A stretch of 42,200 nt of DNA from an uncultured Candidatus Saccharibacteria bacterium. GTDB taxonomy: Bacteria > Patescibacteriota > Minisyncoccia > Phycocordibacterales > UBA9973. Below, piece by piece: positions 20,412 through 26,940 of the stretch (the first letter of the stretch is position 1; each line of letters starts with the position of its first letter). The stretch spans positions 1 to 42,200 of the forward strand of contig CAYYSI010000001.1 of NCBI GenBank assembly GCA_964474435.1. The letters are read 5' to 3'. Position numbers and translations under genes: made by a program. Below the pieces are notes generated by a model. It was not told the origin of the DNA, did no database searches, and was given only the letters and a program-made list of their open reading frames with translations.

Positions 20412-21797
20412 ATGACTATTACTGAACTCAACCAAAAATATACTTCAAAGGAAACAACTATTGCCACAGTAGTTGGGGACTATGTTGCACGTGCAAAAGC
20501 AGATACGCTCAATATTTTTAGAGAAGTCTTTACCGATACTGACGAACAGGTCGCAAAGGCACAAGCAATGTTTGATAATGGCACTGCGACGAAACTCACT
20601 GGTGTGCCAATAGTACTCAAGGACAATATATTATTTGAAGGACATGTCGCAGGTGCTGCATCAAAGATGCTTGAGCACTATGTGGCTGCATATGATTCAA
20701 CTGTAGTTACGCAATTGAAAAATGCCGGTGCAGTTATTATTGGGCGAGCCAACATGGATGACGGTGCAATGGGAGCTTCAACGGAAAACTCAGCATATGG
20801 TGTCACGCACAATCCTCTTGACCCAACACGTGTACCGGGAGGTTCCTCTGGGGGCAGCGCTGCAGCAGTTGCGGCGGATCTTGCAGTTGTTGCACTTGGG
20901 TCTGATACAGGTGGATCGATCAGACAGCCGTCCGCGTTTTGTGGGACGGTCGGCATGCTCCCAACATACAGCACGGTCTCACGTCACGGTCTGATCGCAA
21001 TGGCGAGTTCATTTGATGTTATTGGACCAATGGCGCACACTGTAGAGGACGCACAAATTTTATACAACACTATTGCAGTCCAGGAGCCTCTTGATAGCAC
21101 ATCAGTTGCTCGACCTGAAATGAAGGTGGCTCTCAAAAAGCGTCTAGCTATTCCACGCAACCTCTTTGGTGAAGAAGGAATTGATAAAGAAGTAAAAGAA
21201 AATTTTGAGCAGACAGTTGCGAAATTAAAAAATGAAGGATTTGCTGTAGAAGAAGTTGATTTGCCACACTTTGCTGACTCGCTTGCGGTGTACTATATAT
21301 TGATACCTGCCGAAGTATCATCAAACCTCGGACGACTCGAAGGCGTGCGCTATGGAGATCGTGTAGGGGAAGGTGGTATTAAAGATTTCTATGGTGACAC
21401 ACGAGGTGCACTTTTTGGAAAAGAAGTTCGCCGTCGTATTTTGCTCGGTACCTATGTACTTTCGCATGGCTATTATGATGCGTACTACAACAAAGCAGTT
21501 GCGCTCCGTGCAGTCATTCGCCAAGAGGTTGAAGTAGTACTCAAAGACTATGATGCGATCATCACTCCGACAACACCATCAGTCGCATTCAAGATAGGCG
21601 AGAAAGCCAATGATCCAGTCGCGATGTACCTCGCAGACCTTTTCACCGTGCCTGCAAACATTGCTCAGCATCCAGCTATTTCTGTGCCATCAGGTACCAA
21701 TACCGAAGGTTTGCCATTTGGTTTTCAATTCATTGGGTCTCGGTTTGGAGAAGATACTCTTTTTGAACTCGGCAAGACTATAGAAAAGATCCGCTAA
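20412..21797 (+). CDS. gatA: Asp/Glu-tRNA amidotransferase subunit A
   Basis: Amidase signature KDN, PGGSSGGSAAAV, GSDTGGSIRQP; RRILLGTYVLS. Confidence 0.96.
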   Translation: MTITELNQKYTSKETTIATVVGDYVARAKADTLNIFREVFTDTDEQVAKAQAMFDNGTATKLTGVPIVLKDNILFEGHVAGAASKMLEHYVAAYDSTVVTQLKNAGAVIIGRANMDDGAMGASTENSAYGVTHNPLDPTRVPGGSSGGSAAAVAADLAVVALGSDTGGSIRQPSAFCGTVGMLPTYSTVSRHGLIAMASSFDVIGPMAHTVEDAQILYNTIAVQEPLDSTSVARPEMKVALKKRLAIPRNLFGEEGIDKEVKENFEQTVAKLKNEGFAVEEVDLPHFADSLAVYYILIPAEVSSNLGRLEGVRYGDRVGEGGIKDFYGDTRGALFGKEVRRRILLGTYVLSHGYYDAYYNKAVALRAVIRQEVEVVLKDYDAIITPTTPSVAFKIGEKANDPVAMYLADLFTVPANIAQHPAISVPSGTNTEGLPFGFQFIGSRFGEDTLFELGKTIEKIR

Positions 21798-21815
21798 ACT
21801 ATGGCATAATAGGGT

Positions 21816-22439
21816 GTGCAATCGAGTGTCCCACAACCAGTCTTTCTCAATGTCGAGTTTATTTTCTCATGGCTATGGGGTCGCGTATCAGGAATATTTA
21901 CACTCCAGTTTTTTGCCTTCCTCCAATTTCTCGCAGCGGTGTTGATCATCATTGGGATCACGATCATTTTGTATTCACTCGTTCGGATATACGAAATGAA
22001 GCAAGAAGATGCGAAAAAAGCCGCTAAAGAAAAAGCGACAAACGCTCCTGTTGTAGAAACAAAAACAACTCCACAAGGCATTGATCTCCCGGGCGCGTCA
22101 CCTGTAGCACAGCCAATTGCTCGCAACGAAACATGGGAACACGTCCGTGCCAAGCTGCTCTCAGATAACCCAAGCGATTGGCGGCTTGGCATCATTGAAG
22201 CAGATATTTATCTCGATCGACAGCTCGATGCCAAGGGCTACTTTGGGGACACGATTGGCGACAAGCTCAAAAACCTCACTCCTGACAAACTCCCATCAGT
22301 CCAGATCGCCTGGGAAGCACACAAAGTCCGTAACCGTATTGCACACGATGGTGCAGACTTTGCACTCACCATGCCCGAAGCTCGCCGCGTGCTTTCGTAT
22401 TACGAAATCGTCTTTCGAGACCTCGGCGTGATTGAGTAA
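21816..22439 (+). CDS. Membrane-anchored hypothetical protein with HEPN-like RxxxxH motif
   Basis: GTG start; hydrophobic N-terminus; C-terminal helical domain with AHKVRNRIAHD. Confidence 0.7.
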   Translation: MQSSVPQPVFLNVEFIFSWLWGRVSGIFTLQFFAFLQFLAAVLIIIGITIILYSLVRIYEMKQEDAKKAAKEKATNAPVVETKTTPQGIDLPGASPVAQPIARNETWEHVRAKLLSDNPSDWRLGIIEADIYLDRQLDAKGYFGDTIGDKLKNLTPDKLPSVQIAWEAHKVRNRIAHDGADFALTMPEARRVLSYYEIVFRDLGVIE

Positions 22440-22440
22440 G

Positions 22441-22469
22441 TTGCATACATCTGTATCGTCTTGTATGAT
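22441..22469 (+). promoter_or_regulatory. sigma70-type promoter for initiator tRNA
   Basis: ttgcat-17 bp-tatgat, 26 nt upstream of the tRNA. Confidence 0.65.
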
Positions 22470-22495
22470 GGGTTTCTACACAAAATGTGTCACGC

Positions 22496-22566
22496 CGCGG
22501 GATAGAGAAGCGGCATCTCGTAAGGCTCATAACCTTAAGACCCACGTTCGACTCGTGGTCCCGCAA
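22496..22566 (+). tRNA. tRNA-fMet (CAT), initiator; CCA not encoded
   Basis: Cloverleaf CGCGGGA/TCCCGCA with C1:A72 mismatch, A11:U24, anticodon arm TAAGG-CTCATAA-CCTTA, T arm CCACG-TTCGACT-CGTGG. Confidence 0.92.
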
Positions 22567-22639
22567 CAATAGATTTCAAGAGGTACGTATCTTGAAAAAA
22601 CAATGAAATATGCTATATTTTCTTGGCTTACGTATATAT

Positions 22640-22713
22640 GTCGGGGTAGCTCAGTTGGTAAGAGCGGAGCATTCATAACGCTCAGGTCGTGGGTTCAACT
22701 CCCACCCTCGACA
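22640..22713 (+). tRNA. tRNA with CAT anticodon (elongator Met or lysidine-modified Ile2); CCA not encoded
   Basis: GTCGGGG/CCTCGAC acceptor, GCTC/GAGC D stem, GAGCA-TTCATAA-CGCTC anticodon arm (A31:C39 mismatch), GTGGG-TTCAACT-CCCAC. Confidence 0.88.
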
Positions 22714-22756
22714 CACTGCATGCACAATGCTATTGTGAGCAGGTACTTTACAATTT

Positions 22757-22830
22757 GCGGACGTAGCTCAACTGGTTAGAGCACCCGCCTGTCACGCGGG
22801 AGGTTACGGGTTCAAGTCCCGCCGTTCGCG
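22757..22830 (+). tRNA. tRNA-Asp (GTC); CCA not encoded
   Basis: GCGGACG/CGTTCGC acceptor, CCCGC-CTGTCAC-GCGGG anticodon arm, discriminator G73. Confidence 0.95.
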
Positions 22831-22836
22831 CTAGAT

Positions 22837-22870
22837 CAAAAATACTCAGGTTCATTCCTGGGTATTTTTG
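22837..22870 (+). terminator. Intrinsic terminator after tRNA-Asp
   Basis: caaaaatactcagg-ttcatt-cctgggtatttttg, 14-bp stem with one G-U. Confidence 0.8.
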
Positions 22871-22889
22871 TATCTCATCGCGATAGGGA

Positions 22890-23005
22890 GCAAACCAAAC
22901 TGCTTTAGTTTGCGTCGGGATCTTGAACGACGGAAGCATGCTGATAGCTGCTGAGTCGGTGCCCAGACCCATTCAGAATGAATGGAGTCGAGGGAAAGTC
23001 CCGCC
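22890..23005. other. Structured intergenic element with tRNA T-arm-like ends (candidate MITE/REP-like element or ncRNA)
   Basis: Hairpins gcaaaccaaa/tttagtttgc and ccattca-gaa-tgaatgg; antisense T-arm-like gtcgggatcttgaac (22914-22928); exact 10-nt copy aagtcccgcc (22996-23005) of tRNA-Asp 22814-22823. Confidence 0.5.
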
Positions 23006-23027
23006 TGTAACCTGGTATACTTTATTT

Positions 23028-23435
23028 ATGAATATAAAAAATCTAGTCAGAAATGAAGAAAACGAGATACTAAAAGCTGGAGGTGTTGTTATCGACGCAG
23101 GAAAAGTCCTTTTAGTAACTGGTATACAAGGAACTATTTGGAGTTTTCCGAAAGGGCATGTAGAAAAGGGTGAGACTATAGAAGAAACTGCAATACGTGA
23201 AGTTCGAGAGGAAACTGGATATGATGTTGAAATACTGAAACGTTTGACCGATGTAACGTATACAAACAAAGGAACAGGTGACCCAATACGCGTGGCTATG
23301 TTTAAAATGAAACCAGTGAAAGATACGGGAACAAAAGAATCAGATACTCAAACTAAATGGTTTCCTATAGAAGAAGCAAAAGAATTTTTAGCTTCTCATA
23401 AACCAGCCTCATTACTTGCTGAAATGACCGAGTAA
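23028..23435 (+). CDS. Nudix hydrolase (Ap4A-hydrolase-like box)
   Basis: FPKGHVEKGETIEETAIREVREETG; start reassigned to ATG 23028, 6 nt after TGG-TATACT. Confidence 0.9.
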   Translation: MNIKNLVRNEENEILKAGGVVIDAGKVLLVTGIQGTIWSFPKGHVEKGETIEETAIREVREETGYDVEILKRLTDVTYTNKGTGDPIRVAMFKMKPVKDTGTKESDTQTKWFPIEEAKEFLASHKPASLLAEMTE

Positions 23436-23469
23436 CGATTGGTGGATTAAATTTGCTATACTATTTTCG

Positions 23470-24351
23470 ATGAAAAAATATAGCCTCATACTCAGTCTTT
23501 TTACTCTATTGCTCCCTTTGGGAAGCGTCTTTGCTGCGACAACTCCTCCTCCTAAATTTCCAGTAGTCACTGCCAAGGGTATTGCAGTCTATGGATGGAA
23601 AAATGACGCACCAACTCCTCTGTATATACAAAACGAACACCGCCTCTATCCAGTCGCAAGTATTACAAAACTCGTCACTGCAAAAGCAGTAGAGGATCTC
23701 TATCCCAAAGACAAAATATTTACCATGTCGGCATCGGCGATCGCAACCGAAGGCTCGATCAAAGGCATTGGTATTGGATCACAATTTACTCGTGACGACC
23801 TTTTGAAGGCACTCCTTATTACTTCAAGCAACGATGCCGCAACGGCATTTATGGAAACCATTGGCAAATCAACATTCCTCGCAAAGATGAATGACATTTT
23901 GCATGCAAACGCGTACACGAACACTGCATTTATAAACCCATCTGGCCTCGATCCATCCAAGAAGGTCGCGATCAAGCCAAACCGTCTCACACCATTTCAT
24001 CTCTCTGAACTGTTGAGTGATATTTATACCAATGACAAATTCCTCGTCAGTATCATGGCGCAACCCAAGGCCGACATCATCGACCTCGCAACCAACACTC
24101 CTGTTGAAGTACGACAATCCAACGGTCTGTACCTAGATGAAAATTACAAAGACAAAGTACTCATGGGCAAAACGGGGCTTACCAATATGGCCGGGCAAAA
24201 CCTCGCCTTTGTCACCGAAGGAAATGACAATTATGACTACATCACGATCGTCATCCTCGGATCAAAGAATCGCATGACGGATAGCAAGAAAATCCTCGAC
24301 TGGATCGCCGCATCAAACACGACACTGCAAACTAGTACGTTTGGGGGATAA
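23470..24351 (+). CDS. D-alanyl-D-alanine carboxypeptidase (peptidase S11)
   Basis: Signal peptide; SxxK (ASITK), SxN (SSND), KTG motifs. Confidence 0.92.
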   Translation: MKKYSLILSLFTLLLPLGSVFAATTPPPKFPVVTAKGIAVYGWKNDAPTPLYIQNEHRLYPVASITKLVTAKAVEDLYPKDKIFTMSASAIATEGSIKGIGIGSQFTRDDLLKALLITSSNDAATAFMETIGKSTFLAKMNDILHANAYTNTAFINPSGLDPSKKVAIKPNRLTPFHLSELLSDIYTNDKFLVSIMAQPKADIIDLATNTPVEVRQSNGLYLDENYKDKVLMGKTGLTNMAGQNLAFVTEGNDNYDYITIVILGSKNRMTDSKKILDWIAASNTTLQTSTFGG

Positions 24352-24395
24352 GATTGATCCGGCAGTGAGCCTTGATAGCAAGATCTACTACCGGA

Positions 24396-24424
24396 TTGAC
24401 ATCTAAACCAAAGGATGTTATCAT
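24396..24424 (+). promoter_or_regulatory. Strong sigma70-type promoter for DEAD-box helicase
   Basis: TTGACA-17 bp-TATCAT with TG extension. Confidence 0.75.
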
Positions 24425-24504
24425 AAGTCATTATTCTAATATATTGTGTTTTTGACTACTTGGTCAGGCTGACACAGTAGAAAAATAAAAAAACACAAAA
24501 TATT

Positions 24505-25911
24505 ATGACATCATCTACACCGCGTCCAAGACGCACGTTTTCTAGTGGCGCATCTACGTCTTCATCACGATCATTTTCAGCACGTCCAGCTCGAACTGGT
24601 GGATTTTCATCTGGTCGCATTATCACCTCTATTGGTTCTGGTACACGCGTGAGCGATCGACCAAGTCGTGGTGGATCATCAGGGGGTCGCCCATCATATG
24701 GCAGCAGTCGTCCAAGCTTCGGTGGTAACCGTGGTGGATTTGGCGGCGGAAGTCGTGGAGGTTTCGGCAATCGTGGCGGAGGCGGCGGACGTCGTGGCCC
24801 AAAGGCTGACTTCATCGACGAAAATCGCTTCATCAACAAAGCTGCTCCTATCGAAGACGAAGTAGTCTACACACCCACAAACACCTTTTCAGATTTCAAA
24901 ATTCATGAACTCCTTGGGCAGAACCTCGCAAAGAAAGGCTTCGTGCACCCATCTCCGATCCAAGACCAAGCTATCCCACTCTTGCTCGAAGGCAAAGATG
25001 TGATTGGTATTGCATCTACTGGTACCGGGAAAACTGCAGCATTCTTGATTCCGATCATCAATAAATTCGTTGACGACCGTATGCATCAGGCAATGGTCCT
25101 CGCGCCGACTCGCGAGCTCGCACAGCAAATCGAAGAAGAATTTCGAGCATTCACCGTAGGCATGCGCCTCTTCTCAGTGTCTGTTGTTGGAGGTCTCCCG
25201 ATCACCAAACAGATTCGTGAGATTGATCAAGGTGTGCACATCGTCATCGGTACTCCAGGACGTGTGAAGGATTTGATCGAACGTGGCAAGATCAAGATGA
25301 AAGATTTCAATACAATCGTGCTCGATGAAGCAGATCGCATGCTTGATATGGGATTCGTTGACGACATGCGACAGATCCTTGGTGCAATGCCAAAGGAAAA
25401 GCACGGTATGTTCTTCTCAGCGACATTCTCTCCAGACATCAAGAAACTCTGCGGAGACTTCCTGCGCGACCCAGTGACGATCTCACTGAAAACTCGTGAC
25501 ACTTCTGCAAGTGTCGACCAAGACGTTGTCCGTGTCCCAAGAGGTAGCGACAAAATGGATGTACTCCATGACTTGCTCAACAAACCAGAGTTTAAAAAGG
25601 TGCTCATCTTTCGCGAGACCAAGCGTCATGTGGACGAGCTCGCGCGAGACCTCAAGCGTGCAGGATTTGCAGCACTTCCGATCCATGGTGATATGCGTTC
25701 TCGTGAGCGCATGCGTACGATCGAAGCGTTTTCAAAAGGAACAGCAACAATAGTAGTTGCGACCGATGTTGCCGCTCGTGGTATCGACATCCCGGACATC
25801 ACACACGTGATCAACTACGATGTGCCATCTACCTACGACACCTATATTCACCGCATCGGCCGAACAGGTCGCGGAAACAAAAAAGGGGTAGCACTTACAT
25901 TCGTTCGGTAA
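24505..25911 (+). CDS. DEAD-box RNA helicase with N-terminal R/G/S-rich extension
   Basis: Q motif GFVHPSPIQ, TGTGKT, PTRELA, DEAD, SAT, ARGIDI, HRIGRTGR. Confidence 0.95.
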   Translation: MTSSTPRPRRTFSSGASTSSSRSFSARPARTGGFSSGRIITSIGSGTRVSDRPSRGGSSGGRPSYGSSRPSFGGNRGGFGGGSRGGFGNRGGGGGRRGPKADFIDENRFINKAAPIEDEVVYTPTNTFSDFKIHELLGQNLAKKGFVHPSPIQDQAIPLLLEGKDVIGIASTGTGKTAAFLIPIINKFVDDRMHQAMVLAPTRELAQQIEEEFRAFTVGMRLFSVSVVGGLPITKQIREIDQGVHIVIGTPGRVKDLIERGKIKMKDFNTIVLDEADRMLDMGFVDDMRQILGAMPKEKHGMFFSATFSPDIKKLCGDFLRDPVTISLKTRDTSASVDQDVVRVPRGSDKMDVLHDLLNKPEFKKVLIFRETKRHVDELARDLKRAGFAALPIHGDMRSRERMRTIEAFSKGTATIVVATDVAARGIDIPDITHVINYDVPSTYDTYIHRIGRTGRGNKKGVALTFVR

Positions 25912-25963
25912 TTGAAAAATCACGTTTTTGTGATATCTTTAAAGTGCTTTTAAAAGCACTTTT

Positions 25964-26039
25964 GCCGTTATAGCTCAGCTGGTAGAGCACTCCATTGGTA
26001 ATGGGGAGGTCATCGGTTCAAACCCGATTAACGGCTCCA
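25964..26039 (+). tRNA. tRNA-Thr (GGT), CCA encoded
   Basis: GCCGTTA/TAACGGC acceptor, CTCCA-TTGGTAA-TGGGG, ATCGG-TTCAAAC-CCGAT, T-CCA end. Confidence 0.96.
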
Positions 26040-26042
26040 AAT

Positions 26043-26906
26043 ATGAAGCCACTCATTTCAATTATTATTCCGACGTATAATCGCGCCTATATTCTTCCTC
26101 GTGCCATCGGAAGTGTATTGAATCAAACGTACTCTAATTGGGAATTAATTATTGTCGATGATGGATCAACTGATACCACGAAGGAATTGATTGAGAGCTA
26201 TGATGATGCTCGCATAATATATGTCTATCAAGAAAATAAAGGTCCTTCTCCTGCTCGAAATATGGGTTTACGAAATACGCGAGGTGAATGGATTGCGTAT
26301 TTGGACAGTGATGATGAATTGGTCCCTGAATATTTACAAACAACACAGGAATGGATTAATGACAATCCTAATACTCTATACCTTTCTACAAAATATAAAA
26401 GAATGATGGAAATATTTCAAAACGGAGAGATGGTTGATTCATATGAAGATAGTGTAAATGTCCCGGAACAGCTTACTGTTCGTGATATTTTTCTACGCAC
26501 CTATTATTTCTCAATGGGTGGCTTTATGCATTCAAGGAAAATTTTTGAAGAAGGAATTGTATGGGACGAACAACTTGTTCAATCAGAAGATTGGGATTTC
26601 TTTATGCAGATAGGTGAAAAGTATCCAGATAATTTCATTTATATACCCATTGTGTTATGGACATATCATCGCAGTGTCGGTACTGATGGAGTATCTTCTA
26701 ATACTACCCACTTACAAATGGCCAATTCATTTGAATATATTTATCAAAAACATAAAAATGATCAGCAATTAATAGGCCAAACTTGGTATCCTGAAAGAGT
26801 AGAAAAGTATAAAAAGTTTTACCAAGAAGCTCCAGATGGAAAGATCGAAGATCGCCACTGGAAAGATGGGGTTGTACAAAAGAAGAAACGAGTAGGCGAG
26901 CAATAA
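26043..26906 (+). CDS. Glycosyltransferase family 2 (GT-A)
   Basis: ISIIIPTYNR, IIVDDGSTD, AYLDSDD, EDWDF; start reassigned to 26043 because the track ORF overlaps the tRNA; visibly AT-rich. Confidence 0.92.
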   Translation: MKPLISIIIPTYNRAYILPRAIGSVLNQTYSNWELIIVDDGSTDTTKELIESYDDARIIYVYQENKGPSPARNMGLRNTRGEWIAYLDSDDELVPEYLQTTQEWINDNPNTLYLSTKYKRMMEIFQNGEMVDSYEDSVNVPEQLTVRDIFLRTYYFSMGGFMHSRKIFEEGIVWDEQLVQSEDWDFFMQIGEKYPDNFIYIPIVLWTYHRSVGTDGVSSNTTHLQMANSFEYIYQKHKNDQQLIGQTWYPERVEKYKKFYQEAPDGKIEDRHWKDGVVQKKKRVGEQ

Positions 26907-26909
26907 AAA

Positions 26910-26929
26910 AGATCATCTTTCGATGATCT
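26910..26929 (-). terminator. Probable terminator for the PurZ-like gene
   Basis: On the minus strand agatcatc-gaaa-gatgatct followed by a T tract. Confidence 0.6.
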
Positions 26930-26940
26930 CTGTAGCTAAT

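Noticed and set aside
22748-22972. 74-aa minus-strand ORF and the 22923 start of the Nudix ORF
   Set aside because: They overlap tRNA-Asp and the structured element; the Nudix has a better start at 23028
23028-23435. Nudix as the MazZ-equivalent dGTPase feeding the PurZ-like enzyme
   Set aside because: Lies 3.5 kb away behind unrelated genes, and its box looks Ap4A-hydrolase-like; no sequence evidence for dGTP specificity
24358-24396. atccgg...ccggat stem after the D,D-peptidase as a REP element
   Set aside because: Single copy in the window; more simply a 3' stem of the upstream transcript
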